Shown: in pieces, positions 28,109 through 43,408 of the stretch
Layout: each line of letters begins with the position of its first letter
Position numbering within the stretch: the first letter of the stretch is position 1
Origin: Octopus vulgaris
Taxonomy: Eukaryota
Assembly: GCA_951406725.2 (NCBI GenBank)
Contig: OX597821.1
Span: 4,526,001 to 4,590,000 of the forward strand
Direction: 5' to 3'
Length of the DNA: 64,000 bases
Notes under the pieces: generated by a model
Seen by the model: only the letters and a program-made list of their open reading frames with translations
What the model was told of the DNA's origin: nothing
Databases searched by the model: none
Program-made: the position numbers and the translations under genes

Positions 28109-31100
28109 ACATCAAACCACGTTTGTGCCTCTTAGTTATAACTATACCTGGTCGGAATAACAGCGAAAGTTTCTTCGAGCCACTGTTCTATAAGCGAAAT
28201 GTAGTTTAGAAAATGAAGTCATACTTATCTGAAAATATGGGATGATGTCTGCAGAAACCTGGTTTAATAAAGATTTGATTGCCCCTAGATTTATTGTAAC
28301 TAAAGTGAATCAATATATGTATAATATGCAATAGAATTTTAAGAGAAATTCAGAATGTAAAATGCGAACGTTAATAACATGCCTGAATAAATAGTTTTAA
28401 ATTTAATCTGTAATGAATGGAGCATTTTAAATTTAATTGGAAATATCTTGCACCCCAAACACACGTTTTCATACTATGATCTAACAAAAGAAATAACAAA
28501 AAGTGAAGTATATATTTTTTAAGTATATATATTTTCCTTAGTTTTGATGATTTTCTTCAGGTTGTTCAATTTTCCCGTCTTCATTCCAATGAGCAGGTTG
28601 TTGCCCTTGTTGTTTAACTCTGATTTATCACATCTATGATCACAGGATTGCCGGTTGTCATTTCTTACACTATGATATGCATGCTTGCGTTACGACTGTA
28701 GACTACGAGTTGGGTCAATTTTTTTTACTATGCAAACTACGAATTACTACTAAATTATAGTTCAGCCCCTGTTGGGATAAGCATTGCCAGCCTAACCTTC
28801 CCTCTCTTATGTTGTTATTCAACATAACTGATGTCAAGACATGCTACTACAGCGCGGCCAATAAACATGAGACCCTTACTTTGGAACTTTCATAAAATAC
28901 TTCAGTATTCGAAGTAATATTGAACAACGGTCATGAGTATGTTATCTATTGTGACATGTACACATCATTATTGATTGACTGAAATAATTATCTGACTTGC
29001 TTACCTAAGGGAGTAACATGTTCAGAATCATTGAAACTCCGTGTCAAAAGTTTTTGTACATATGTTAAGTTCAGCTGTAGTCAAATTTGCAGTTCGTCAT
29101 TCAGGAATCGGAGAATTCAAGTAAAGAGATTGATTGAATCCACAAACTTCTCATCTAACTGTTGTACCCTTGTATCCTAGGTTAGAAATTATGGGATTTG
29201 TTACGTTTTAAGTAGCGGAACAGGCAGTATCCAACACAGCAAAAAAGCCACGAGACTAGTTCATGGAGACTGAGAGGAAAGTGTTCGTAAATCGAAAGCC
29301 GCTGAGGTGAAGCTCAGAAGAATAGATTTCACCAAAGGTACACAAGATACCATATATGATTCATAACTTCAGTATAACTAGGCTACGACGGAATTTGTAA
29401 TTTAAACACGTATAGAAACAAATAAAATGGAGACACTCGCTCTTTCATTTCTACCATTCAACGACCTTAGAACCATAATTTCCTCGACCATGAAAGGATA
29501 AAAAGCAATGTAGAGCTCGGTAAATGTTGAACTAAATGCCTTGAGTGTCAAAATAAATATCAAAACAACGATTTATCCGACGCTCTAACGTCGCTGCCAA
29601 TTCGATAAATGGAAGTTCTTAAAATGGTTTGAAAGTGTGTTTACACTCCCTAATTTTCTGATGGACATGTGGGCAAAATACTAATCTAATTTATAGGCTT
29701 AACAGTAATGTTCAAAATTGATTCAAACTTCAATTAGTTGAAACTATATTTTTGAGTTATTTCTATATCGTTTAAGTGTAAGACATGTCCTCAGTTACGT
29801 CTAGAAACCTTAATTAAGTGAAATACAAATATAAGAGCTGAAAACTCATGGGAAATTATATCCCGATTTGATATTTGATCAAATAGGTTTATGTACATAA
29901 ATTACCAGGGATTGAGAAGTACTTTACACATACGCTCTCGCTCACTATCTCTCTCTCGCTCACTATCTCTCTCTCTCTCTCAATCACTTTCTCTCTCATT
30001 CTCACACACAAATACATACGTAGGAACTTCAATCTAAGTACATATCAATTCAATTAGAAACAGGTAAAGATATACACAAACATACATATGCATATATGTA
30101 TATATGTGCTTATATATACATATGTGAATATGTGTGTGCATGCGTGTGTGTGTGTGTGTTTGTGTGTGTGTATGTGTGTGTGTCTATGTATATTCCAAGG
30201 TTACAAGAATGCATCGAGCCTGGCGTGTCCTACAAATGAGGTTCAATACCCAGCAAGAATACAATGGCATGTTTACTGACTCCTGGGTAGAAACCAGAGG
30301 GCGGTGATTAACCTTATGAGTTGAGCTTCGCAAATGTGGCACAAATTGGATTCAAGCTCCAAACCATGGCAATGATCGTGAAATATGGAAGATCATAGCG
30401 ACCAGTTCGTGAGAGGCTGGATGAACCAGATACATATACGTGGACAGACACATCGACAGACAGAGAGACAAACAGAGAGAGAGAGAGAGAGAGAGTGTGT
30501 GTGTGTATGTGTGTGTGTGTGTGTGTGCGCGTGTGTGAGAGAGAGAGGTAGACAGGCACACAGAGATGGTGAGTGTGTGGGGCATGGTCACTTATAAAGT
30601 TAAAGAATACAGGGAGAATATCGTTTGAGATTTCATTGAAGTTACCGGTACAAACCCCACAGTGGATTTCCATACAAATCTTGTTTCTCCAAATTTTCGC
30701 ACAAGGTACGGGTTGATCGGAGGTTATAAAAAATAATAGTTTCAATTCATACTGTGTCCATCAGTAATTGCGCCAAATATTCATGTATCTGAGGATTTAT
30801 AAAGAAATAGGTAACCCAGTTGGTCGAACAACTAATTTCTCTGTAGCAAGAATTATATAGCTCGAATTATTCCGTCACTTTTTTTATGGTTTGCGTTATT
30901 TTAATTTCTATTTATAACGTTCATATTGTGAATTACAGACGTATGGGAATTGCCTGGTAATTCTAGCAAGCTGAATGACCGAGTCATAGCTTCGATGACT
31001 GGATGGTACATAAATTATAGAGAAAAAAAAACAATATAAAATAAAAAAATTGTGTCGATTTAACACTTTTCCGTATGTGATACAAAAATCATCTCAATTG

Positions 31101-31949
31101 CAATATGTGCCACCTCTCAAGACAGTGATAGGATATTTTTGAATATTCCGTTTTTTTTTTGTGTATGTGTGTTTATTTTTATAGTTTTTATTTGTTTTAA
31201 CGTGATAAATGCTGTATTGTAACTCCTTATCAACGTAGAAGTGCGAAAACGTTATGAGTAATGTCATACGGGAATTTTAGACATGTGGCACTTCGATAAA
31301 AGCATAAATCTGGTGAATAAAAAATGTTTCTAAGAAACATCCCAAAGGAATCTGAGAAACAAAATGTAAAAATTCCTCTTAGACACTTGAGATAAACATC
31401 TATAAGTTTATATTCTGCAGATAATACTTGTTAAATTATGAGAGTTGTGAGTATGGTGTATATATGTTTCGGAATAGTTTTATTGTGTAGATACACAAAA
31501 ATATACATACCGAAACAATGTCACCAACACATAAATGTATAGAAAAATACTGAGGATACCGAGGAAATCACAGATAAAATCAAAGAATTTAGTATTGGAG
31601 TAAAACAAAAATTTTGTTGATGGAAGATAATGCAAAAGTTAGAAAGCAGAAGAATATATTAACTTCAGAAAAGCACTGATGGAGATGAAATGTGATGGAG
31701 ACGGCAAGAGAGTGAATGAATGAAATTATAAATATATCAGTAGAGCACCGAATAGAGAAAGGAACAGTAACATAAAGATGTAATGAGATGTGGATGCTGG
31801 AGTAAAAAATACAGGGACCAGGGATCGTATATTATTAAGTTTCGGCCTGGATTCGAGATAATATTTGATAAGAATGCTTGAATGTGTGGATATGTGAATG
31901 AAAGAATGCTTGTATGCATATATGTATAGCTGTGTTTTTCTATATATCC

Positions 31950-32007
<58 letters not shown>

Positions 32008-32010
32008 TTA

Positions 32011-32082
<72 letters not shown>

Positions 32083-32091
32083 TATATATAT

Positions 32092-32129
<38 letters not shown>

Positions 32130-32131
<2 letters not shown>

Positions 32132-32375
32132 GGTAAACTCTACATTTGACAAACAGGAATTTTGCTACGTCAAAGAATCACCATTCACAAAGAGCAAATA
32201 CGTCACCCACAATACAGACAGTTAAAGGTGAGTGAACACATGGAAAGATGTGCCAGGAATCTTAATCCCGATTTCCAAATATTTCCCTTTTATCAATGTT
32301 CACAGAACACCACAAGGCAACAAAGGCTGAATAAAGAGATATTTTCATCAACTAATTTCTCCCCCAACTAAATAT
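32130..32375 (+). pseudogene. 3' fragment of a Neptune-type PLE GIY-YIG domain
   Basis: LRQRITIHKEQIRHPQYRQLKVSEHMERCA...FQIFPFYQ aligns with LRKRMALHRSQIKIPQNRKIAFSQHIDTCA...FRIFPLYQ of the 8.2-8.4 kb endonuclease. Confidence 0.88.
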
Positions 32376-32799
32376 GAACACACAACCCAATACAGAACAC
32401 CACTAACTCTTCAATTGAAACCACTAAACCCTATAAACTACCTACATCACTCACATCTCTAATTCCAGAACTACTTACCTCCCTTACAAATAATCTTTTT
32501 TCTCAGGAACTATTAAACCTGACACCGTATATTAACCGGTGTTGTTCAAACGATGAATAGCCTTCGCGTAAACTACTGGTTCGTTTTGTTCTCTTACTTT
32601 ATTATCATCTTATAATCATCTCATAATAATGACCTTTATGACTCGTATTACTACCTCAGTCAATCTAAATGTATATATTTGTCACTACCTGTCATAAACA
32701 GCCTTTTTCTATTTGCAATATGCATTTTCGTTGATTTTTTTAATATTTAACCCTTACATTTCCACGTGTATTTTATATTTTCCTTTCGTAACATATTTC

Positions 32800-32857
<58 letters not shown>

Positions 32858-32893
32858 ATAGATATATATAGACAGACAGGTAGATAAATAGAG

Positions 32894-32975
<82 letters not shown>

Positions 32976-34173
32976 TGGATACACACACAGATGCGAACGC
33001 ACATATACACACATATAAACCTATATATATATATATATATACGAATGGCTGGATGCGTTTAGCGCACAACAGTTATACCATTCGTCTCTCATTGTCAATC
33101 AGATTAAACTTACACCGTTATATGTTCACACGAGACCCTGCGCATTCATATGTGGGCTGTAACACAGTACAAAGAGCACATCGATAAAGAGTCAAGAGGA
33201 CACGGCTTGAACTTGTTGTTTCGTCCGTTATGTATATTTCGATATTCAGTAACACATGACGCTCTAGATGCAAATAGATGACCTTCAAAATAACTTAGCG
33301 ATTCCATGTGTGTGTGTATGCTTATGTGTGTGTGCGCGCGCATATGTCTATGTATGTATACACACGCACATCTAGTTTAATTTCTGGCGACCGAGACACG
33401 TTTGTCACCTACAAAGCACGTTATATAAAACAAATAATAATATTCAGATTCAAATTAATACGCAGAGCCAGAAATATGCATCACTATATTAAGCATGAAT
33501 GTACTGTTATCTAGGGTGGAATGCTCCGTCTGTCTCATCAACCACAATATTTAGCTGGAACACTTGTTTACGGACTCTGCAAGGATAAACGAATAAAAAT
33601 TCGCTAGAATTTTCTCCATAGAATAATATATAGGGAAATTATTACAGCTGTAAGGAATATTATTTGATACTTACACATTTATTTGCAATTTATTTCTATG
33701 TTAAGATTAATAATCGCTCTTATGCTTTAGACCAGTGATGCATATACATGGGACATTAGTTATAACTGTATTTTTAGCAAAACGGATTACAGAATTTCGA
33801 AGCTAAATTTATGCAGATTAAATTATTCACGATAAATTTATCCAGATTAAGTCACAGACATTGGTCTGTTCGAGCGAAGTTAAGCAGATCTTTCCAACAA
33901 ATATAAGAGGATATTTGTATATGCATATTTTCGATTCTGTTTATTGATTTAGTGAATATGTGAATTACAACGTTTCACGTAAGTTGCAATAAGACTAAAA
34001 CATGCTTAAAATCGCCATAATGTCTGCAAAATATGTAATAATAGTTCCTGAACACCACTGAAATCTTTCATTTGCTTTTAGCATTATTTTGCTGTTGTTA
34101 ACAGGACAAATTCTTTGGAACTGCAAACCTATGTAACAGGAAGTGAATTTTCAGTTATCCTTCTAATTATTCT

Positions 34174-34461
34174 GACACGACAGAGTTGGTACCTATATAC
34201 ACTGAAAGCTATGCTAATACTATGGAATAACGACAGAAAAAAAGATGACATAAGCACTACTATGGGATATGCCAATACACACAGATAGCAAGTAAGGCAA
34301 ATAGGCCGGATACAGTTGTCAGAGATCATGAAAAATAAAAATGCTTTCTAATCGAAGTATCAATACCAACAGATGACAACGTTTCTCTAAAAGAAATGGA
34401 GAAACTTTCAAAATACAAAGACCTGCGAATAGAGGTAAGACGAATGTGGAGTCTAAAAACA
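34174..34461 (+). pseudogene. R4/Dong-like non-LTR retrotransposon restriction-like endonuclease fragment
   Basis: Manual translation across frameshifts: HDRVGTYIH*KLC, LLWDMPIHTD, KANRPDTVVRDHEK*KCFLIEVSIPTDDNVSLKEMEKLSKYKDLRIEVRRMWSLKT (PD..(D/E)..K..KY signature). Confidence 0.88.
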
Positions 34462-35994
34462 TTTTGTGTAATGGAAAAAGGACATGGTCCATAAAATACT
34501 AGTGGGAGGGGCGAAAAAAAGGTGGTCTGAAACCAGGAGTTGTCCAGAATGTTTGCAACAGTACAGTGATATTGTTTGTTTTTTCTAATAGAGAGAGAGA
34601 GAGAGAGCCAATACGCCCAATGTTGGTGGAAAGTTGGGAGAGCAGTTCAGTTCATCACTCAAGTTGACCAGAGCGAGATTTCAAATCAGAACCCAAAGAT
34701 ACGGGACAAATAACAAATGACATTTGTTTAATGACGCATGCTTCCTAAGGTCTCAACTCACCAGTTCGCCAATTAATCGAACCTAAGGTATACACGCATT
34801 ATCTGAAGCCTCATCATACTAAAATCATTCCACAGTACACAACTATTGTATTCATAGTTTGTGAAGTATGTTGAAATAATCTACAGCAGTATTACTCCTT
34901 TATTTTATAAAAGACATCTTTCGACTTCGATATAACAACAACGTTGTCTACTCTTTTGAATGACCTCTCTGCACTGCTAGCTCACCTAATTGATTCCCTA
35001 GGATCATTGTTTTTAGTCTCTCCTATTTATATCAATTTTTCCAAACTACATATGCCACAATCCTCAAGCAGCATCCTTACCTTAACAGAATTCTTAATCC
35101 CTGAAATCCCTTATGTCGTCAAATACTATCTACATGCTTCAACATACATCATTTCAAAATATACAGTAACAGGAGTGAAGATGTGGATTTTGTAGAATAC
35201 TATACATTATCTATGTGTGCATTCTCTGCTTTTCTGGGTATTACAGAATATAATATGCGAAACAAAATAATGCGGCATTATTGTGAATCTGCGATTACAA
35301 TATTGATAACATTTCGCTGCAAATAATGTGCACTTGAAACAAACTCAGTGTACAGCTCACCTCAAATATCTTACTGTGACATTGAAATTAGTTCTATACT
35401 TCAATATTTTTTCTGCCTACGAAAATGTGTTTTATATATTTACATTTGTTAGCTTACGAAATTATTCAAGGAGTTTAGGCGTAATGATATCATTTTTGCA
35501 CGGAGTCTTCTATGTTGGTGAACATCTAATCTAATAGAAATTTCACAAGTAATTTTGAAGATAATAGTTAGGTAATTGAATTTATTTCAAATATCATAAG
35601 TGCTAATAAATTTAGTGTTATCTTAGTCATATACATTTCAGTATCTTTTGTAATTTACTTTGCTCTCTAGTAAAATATAATGAAATATTGGCAATAAGAT
35701 GTAAAATTGTGATGTAATAAAACGCGTTAAACATATACCACTACATAGACATTTTAGTGAGGCAAATTCCATATTGACATATTCACCATCAACGCACACA
35801 CATATACACGTACCACACGTACATACACACACCAACACAAACACACCCATATATATAAACATATATATGCGTGTGTGTGTATAAAGAGAGAGAGAAATAG
35901 TAAAATAGATAGAGAGACAGACAGACAAATAGACAGACAGGCAGACAGACAGATAGATAAATAGATAGATATATAGATACATACATACATACAC

Positions 35995-36069
<75 letters not shown>

Positions 36070-36462
36070 CAGATATGAATGTATGAATATTCTGTTGTGT
36101 CTGGGGAGAGTCCTTCTCTTTTAGTGCCTTATAATTTAACACACTCACCAGTAAAATTTCCATTTATTTATTTTATTTTTGTAAAATTTTCGTTGCTTCT
36201 TGCCACGTTTTAATAGTTGTCGACAAATCCGCATTTGCCTTAGAATTCAAAATTAGTTACTCTCACAGCGTTACATAGCCGTACCTTTTTGTGTTCTATT
36301 CACAGAATAATTATGGTGACTTTAAATGTCATATATTTTGTCTTTGATATTATAGACACTCGCAAAAAACCTGTTCAGTGTTATTTTTTCTTGTTTCATT
36401 GACTGATTTTGAAGAAAAACAAAGTATATTTTAACGTTAGGGATACACCAATATTTCCATTT

Positions 36463-36790
36463 GTGGAGGTGCAATTGCCCAGTGGTTAGGGCAGCGGACT
36501 CGCGATCGGAGGATCGCGGTTTCGATTCCCAGACCGGGTGTTGTGTGTGTTTATTGAGCGAAAACAACTAAAATAAAAGCTCCGCGAGACTCAGGCATAG
36601 GCTGGTGGTGCCACCTGTTATATTCTTTCGTAATAACTTTCTGTCACTCTCTCTTCCTGTTTTATTGAGTAACGCTGCGATGGACTGGAGTCCCGTGCAG
36701 CTGGGGTGATCATATACGCCACAGAAACCGGGAAAACGGGCCCATGAGACTGGCTAGGCTTCAAAGGGCGACAAAGAAAGAAAGAAAAAA
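36463..36790 (+). mobile_element. tRNA-derived SINE, full length
   Basis: A-box-like TGCCCAGTGGTTAGG, B box GTTTCGATTCCC, 3' GCTGCGATGGACTGG..CCCGT..GAAACCGGG segment and an (AAAG)n tail. Confidence 0.85.
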
Positions 36791-38290
36791 TATTTCCATT
36801 TAAACGAAATGCTTCTCAGTAAAATTGCTTATTATATTTAAAATCTTGTATACGCTTTTCGGGAATTATATTACTCTCGGCTTCACTAGTGACCAGCAAT
36901 GTTTGAACTGCCTGCTTCACTTCTTTTCTGTTGGAGATCAGCAACCACGTATTCGAAATGTGGAGTAAAAGGGTGAGTATCCAGAGCAAATATGTCAAGA
37001 CTCAGCGGTTCACACAAGGATGCCTGATATATAAGTTGCTGAAAAAATTCAAGTTTAGCATTTACTATATCGCTCTATTTTAGCGATCAGCTAAGTTACC
37101 TAGACGTCAATGTTCTAAAACTGGTTGTCAAGCGGTGGGGAGAACAAACACGAACACAAAAACGCACTCACATACATATAAATATGAATAGACACATGTT
37201 CGAAGACGAACGAATGTTCTAATAATAATGACGAAATAAAAAAAAAAATCTTTTTTCCAAAATACTGGTGACTTCTTTTCTCAATATTCAATATCTGTTC
37301 ACCACTTTTAACAATTTATCCATACACATATAAAATAGACTCTAATTGAAATAAGGTTTCCTCAAAATTAAACATATCTAATATAATAAACGTGAATGTG
37401 TCCCCTACTGCAACTTTAATTAATCTTTTCTACTGGAAGCACAAGGATTCAGATTTTGGGGAAGGAATTAAGTCGGCTTCAACGACCCCACTACGTAACT
37501 GGTGCTAGTTTTATTGACCCCGAAAGCATGAATCAGAGAGAGAATCAGACGGCGGGCTTCCATAGAGCTACCGTTTACCAAGTTCCCTTACAATGCATTA
37601 TTCGGTCTGGGGCTATGCTAGAAGATTTTTACACAAGGGTCTGCGAAGTTGGACGGAAAATCAAAGTAGAAGGCTGCAAAGCACGTTTTAACATCGTAAC
37701 CACACCAGCCTTAGGAAAATACATAAAAAAATATACGAATGAGAAAATCATCGATGTAGCTATTGTGAACAATGTTTTTCTCACAACAAGTCGGTCAGGA
37801 AGTACAGCTGCAATAGTAACATTCATCAGAAGGAAAAAAGAGAAACCTCAACGGAATCCCTGTACACCAAATAGCAATTCTAAACAGGACCAACTTCGGC
37901 ATCAACAACAATTCTACAAATTAAATATGCACAACGAAACAATAAATTTATAATAACAACAACAAATATACACGAAAAAAGCTAAAACCAAAACATATAA
38001 CAATAATTTAAAGCAAAATGCGAAAAGAAATACATTCTGAAGAAAATAGAAAGCGAGATTCTAGAAATTAATAGACTTGAGTATTTTAATGATATTGTCT
38101 TGTGCGTGAAGTTAAATCTCTGCTTTAATTCATTAAGACTGTCGAATTAAACATAGAATATCTTTAGAATATATATTGTTTTAGCTGGAAATTTAATTAA
38201 CATTTTGAAAAGGAAATTTCATGTTAGTTTTTGTAGGGAAGGTTATTAAATTACTATTCTGTATGCATACATATACATGCATAAACACAA

Positions 38291-38327
<37 letters not shown>

Positions 38328-38350
38328 CACTCATACATATATATGTATGC

Positions 38351-38390
<40 letters not shown>

Positions 38391-38407
38391 TCATACATAT
38401 ATATGTA

Positions 38408-38438
<31 letters not shown>

Positions 38439-38715
38439 GCATGCGTGTGTGCGTTCGTGCATTTGTACGCGTGTTTCAATGTTATTTCGTTCACAAATAA
38501 ATATATAGTGGTTTATTATTATTATTATTTTTATCTATTTCCGTTTTGCATTTAAATTTTTCTCCCCGTTCTTGTTTGTTGTTGTTGTTCTTGAGTTCTG
38601 TGCATATATTTCTTGAGTATTGCTTTTTTACATTTTCTTTAACCACCATACCTGAGTGTTTCTTCCCTCTATTGCTACTTGTGTCTAGTGCATGTATGCA
38701 TATGTACATATATAT

Positions 38716-38763
<48 letters not shown>

Positions 38764-38764
38764 T

Positions 38765-38828
<64 letters not shown>

Positions 38829-39380
38829 TATATGTCTACATATTTATATATATATATATATATGTATATATGCCAAAAGATCGTATGTATACTTATGCAC
38901 GTATCCATATATATATGCGTGTTCTATGCATACGAATGTGTGCATGAAAAATCTTGCGTGTTTGCTATTAATTTGCGTGTATTATTTTTTGTAATTTTAT
39001 TTTTGTTTATGCAGTGTGTAAAGAGTCATGTGGTCTGTATGTGTGTGGATAGAGGAATCCGGTGAATTTCCACATTCACTGACGTACTTGCACATGCTGG
39101 CTTAGGAAAATAATTTATATCTCCATGCGCGCACAAAGGAGGACATCAAGATTGACACACACAAGCATGCACACACACACGCGCATACACACGCACACAC
39201 GCGCACACACATATACACATACACATGCGCACACGCACATGCGTAAACAAAAACATACACATATCTACATACATATATGTATATGTTTGTATGTGTGTGA
39301 TTAAATATATATATATATATATGTATATACATATGTATATAGATAGATAGATAGATAGATATATAGATATATAGATAGAG

Positions 39381-39449
<69 letters not shown>

Positions 39450-39630
39450 TAATTATATATATACGATATTTATGTACCCATCTGGATGTCTACGTGGTGT
39501 TCCATGCTTAAATCTATGTGTATACTTTCCTACCATTGTCTCTAAAACTCTATATTTTTCTGGAAATATTGGTGACGAGGCTCTTTCCCGACTGAGTCTT
39601 TTTACGCATAAATGTTCCGAATTGAATATA

Positions 39631-39687
<57 letters not shown>

Positions 39688-39780
39688 ATATATATATACA
39701 TATATATATGTATATATATACATATATATATACGTATATATACATATATATATATATATAAACGTATACATATATGTATA

Positions 39781-39815
<35 letters not shown>

Positions 39816-39907
39816 GTATATATACATATGTATACATATATATACATACATAGTATATATACAAACATATACATGTGTGTGCTTTGGCATATCATTATAT
39901 ATATATG

Positions 39908-39951
<44 letters not shown>

Positions 39952-42147
39952 CATACATACATATGTATAAATATGTGCGTCTAAGAGTGTGGGCTGTTTG
40001 TGTATATGTGTTTGCGTGCTTATGGGGGGGGGGGCGTATATCTGTGTATGCGTGTGTGTGTGTTGTAGCTTTATATATATATATCTATGTCACAATGAGG
40101 AAGATTTCTGTTTTCTCTATCTAGGAATATGTTTTCCACAGTAACCACATTTATTTATTTTTCTACTCAATTTCCTTCATCATGTCGCTGCCACGAATGT
40201 TTAATATCCGAGTTATATGTTGGTATGTGTGTTTCTCCCGAAGTAGTTTTTCTTATTTGTTCGCTGAAATTTTTAATATTTATAGAAGAAAGTCATAAAA
40301 TATCTAAAATAAAAATAATTAGTTTGAAAAATTGCCTCATTTATTTAAAACAAAATTAATTGCTTAATGACATCACGTAATTTAATTTGTTGTTAAAAGC
40401 TCAGTCGCGGAAATTTCATTCGTTTAATCCTGTTAACGACAGGTCAGTATTTCAAATTTGCAAATGTACCTGACCTTTTGTATTGATTACAATAGAAGAA
40501 GGTATTTATGCAAAACATTAGCCAAATGTAGACATGCTGTGCTACAAAAGAATAGAAGTCAATTATTGTGTTTCATAATGTTCATTATTATGAGATTTTA
40601 ATTAATTCATTTTAAATATTTTAATTAATACAAAAATCATGTTTTCGAGCATAGTTCAAAAGTTTAAAATTTAAATTTTGTTTTACTGAATGTCACGAGT
40701 ATAATTTATTCTTAGTAGAAATACAGAACCTTGAATCAAAGAGGAGAGAGTTATACCTTTGCATAAGACACTAGTCTACTGTGTGTGACTCATTAACGGT
40801 TACGGCTGTACGGTTAACCACTTCATTTCTCAAATGCATATTTCCAGCTTAATTCCACTGCATAGTAGCTTGAGCGTTTCTCTGCTACTTTGACCTCGAA
40901 AAGACCTGTATTTTCAGAGATTTGGTAGACGGAACTCAATGGAAGTCTGGAATGTTTGCGTGTGCGTGTGTGTTGGTGTACACGTGCGTATAGATTTGTG
41001 TGTGTGAATTTATGTGTGAGTGTGTATGAGTGTCACTCAATTTGATGGACTAAACTTTTGAAGACAACGCAGCAGTTCCACCACTTTCTCCTAACTGAAA
41101 GAAGAGAAGAAAAGAATAAAGGAACGCATCAGTTGGATTGCTATGTGTCACATTATATCTCCAAGCAATATAATGGCAAAGCTTTCGTGATTTTGAAAAT
41201 ATATTATCGACTGACAATTTCTGTAATAGTGTGCCTATTGAAGCAATTGATTTTTTTTTCAAAAGTTCGTGTCTGCGCTAAGGACTTCACATATATAATT
41301 GAAATAAACGGATTTCAACTAGATTGGAAGATAAGGTTTCAGTTGTTAGATCAATTGAATTTAATGCTCATTACATTAGCATAAAAGTGGGTGAGTATTC
41401 CAGAGTTGAGTGTACGGATAAATTAATTTTCAGATACAGTGGACATTGTATGTAAGCATGCATTCAATTTCAATTACAAGTAAAATCTGCCCGATGCCCT
41501 TCCGTATAGATTCCTTCTCATCAATTTCACTTACAATGATTTTGCCGCCTTTCTAAAAAAACAATGTGGTTGGTTGATGGCAGTCTCGTGATCAAACGAT
41601 GGTTCTGCTTTTTAAAATAAAGTGGCTTAGAATTGCTTTGTCTTTAAGAACAGTGTTCTACATTGCTAGGGTGCGTCCATGCTTACACCGTCAAGCCAGA
41701 AAGAGAAAAAGGTGCGACCACTTCGATTGGGTGACCACGAGAGTAACAATTATAAGCACGCATGCGCAGAAGGCAGTGTGACAACAATAAAGATATGGCA
41801 AAAGTGCAAATAATTTTGACTGCCTCTCGTATATAAATATATTCAGATAGGTAAGTATATATAGATAGATACATAAAAACAGATATACGTATAAATATGT
41901 ATGCATATATATATATATATAAATATATATATATACACATATATGCACAAATATGCATAATTATTTGTGTGTGTATGTGTACTCACACGTAAGTACATAC
42001 ATACACACAGACACACACACAACACATACACATATGATGTACCGATCCGTGAAAGAAAATTCAACAAAATAAGTACCTAATCGAAGTTTGAGTTTGATCG
42101 CACCATATGTATCGATGTACATATTATTTTATTCTTTCATTATTTTA

Positions 42148-42365
42148 ATTGTTTCAGTCACTTGACAGCGGCCATGCTAGAGCAACGCCTTTAGTCGAGA
42201 GAATCGATGCCAGAACTTATTCTTTGTAAGCCTAATAGTTACTCTGAGGGTCTGTCTTTCCGAACCGCTACGTTATGCGGACGTAAACACACCAGCATCT
42301 GTTAGGGGAAGAAACACAGACACACAAACATACATACACACATACGAATACATGCATACATACAT

Positions 42366-42460
<95 letters not shown>

Positions 42461-42480
42461 TGTATGTGCGTGTGTACATG

Positions 42481-42543
<63 letters not shown>

Positions 42544-42604
42544 CTCTTTTACTCTTTTACTTGTTTCAGTCATTTGACTGCGGCCATGCTGGAGCACCGC
42601 CTTT
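42148..42604 (-). mobile_element. Two 3' fragments (42148-42330, 42541-42604) of the SINE family also at 48950 and 51128
   Basis: Shared TGTTTCAGTCA(T/C)TTGAC.GCGGCCATGCT.GAGCA.CGCCTTTA. Confidence 0.8.
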
Positions 42605-42611
42605 AAAAAAA
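42605..42611 (-). terminator. Pol III oligo-T terminator downstream of the tRNA-Leu fragment
   Basis: T7 tract 7 nt after the tRNA 3' end on the minus strand. Confidence 0.55.
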
Positions 42612-42618
42612 GTTAAGC

Positions 42619-42644
42619 TGGCAGCGGTGGGATTCGAACCCACG

Positions 42645-42647
<3 letters not shown>
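42619..42647 (-). tRNA. 3' fragment of a tRNA-Leu gene (non-functional), with genomic trailer
   Basis: Minus strand AGGCGTGGGTTCGAATCCCACCGCTGCCA matches, from recall, the T-arm and acceptor 3' strand of metazoan tRNA-Leu(AAG/TAG). The 5' part is replaced by (TA)n. Confidence 0.8.
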
Positions 42648-42705
<58 letters not shown>

Positions 42706-42720
42706 GTATGTATATATATA

Positions 42721-43408
42721 TCCCTTTTGCAAACATCCTTGAAACGTAAGAGCGGTCTACCCACAGACCTAGTACTCCTAGCAAGCTCTCCGTAGAGTTA
42801 GTTTTGGGGGATTCTGCCATCTTTCATACGACTAACATGCCCAAGTCATCTCATACGTCTTTGTGTGAGGAGTGCAAACATGCTTGGCATTACTGCTTGC
42901 CTGAGGACATCTTTGTTGGGGATATGGTTCTGCCATTTGATGCGGAGGATTTTCCGGAGGCAGCGCAGGTGAAAGATGTTTAGGCGACGCTCTTGGCGTG
43001 TGTATAGCGTCCAAGTCTCACTTCCATACAGTAGAGTGCTAAGTACACATGCCTGGTTGATCTTCATTTTCGTGGTCTAGGCCTGCAACATCAATATTAG
43101 CGGTTGGGAGGCAGTTGCCGGCAACCGTGGAGACTGGCGACGTACAGTAAGAGAGGGAATACAAAGGAGTGACAGAGAGAGAGGAGAAATGGAAAGACAA
43201 GAAAAGACGTCAACAAGAAACTATGGCATTACAAACAGCCAGGAACAGTCTTCGCTACATTTGCGGTACCTGCCAGAGGGAGTGTTTGTCCAGGATAGGA
43301 CTAAACAGCCACAGCAGGAAATGTATCAGGACATGAAATGTAAAAGCCGGACTAGACTACTTTATGCGCAACTCGAGTGTCTCCCGAGACAAAAAGGATG
43401 CCACCAAC

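Noticed and set aside
32548-32582. ACGATGA...GTAAAC as a hammerhead 3' of the PLE fragment
   Set aside because: The position fits but both core halves and the stems are too degenerate.
37456-37953. 165-aa ORF
   Set aside because: The first half runs through degenerate SINE sequence; the remainder is at most a weak LINE ORF1-like relic.
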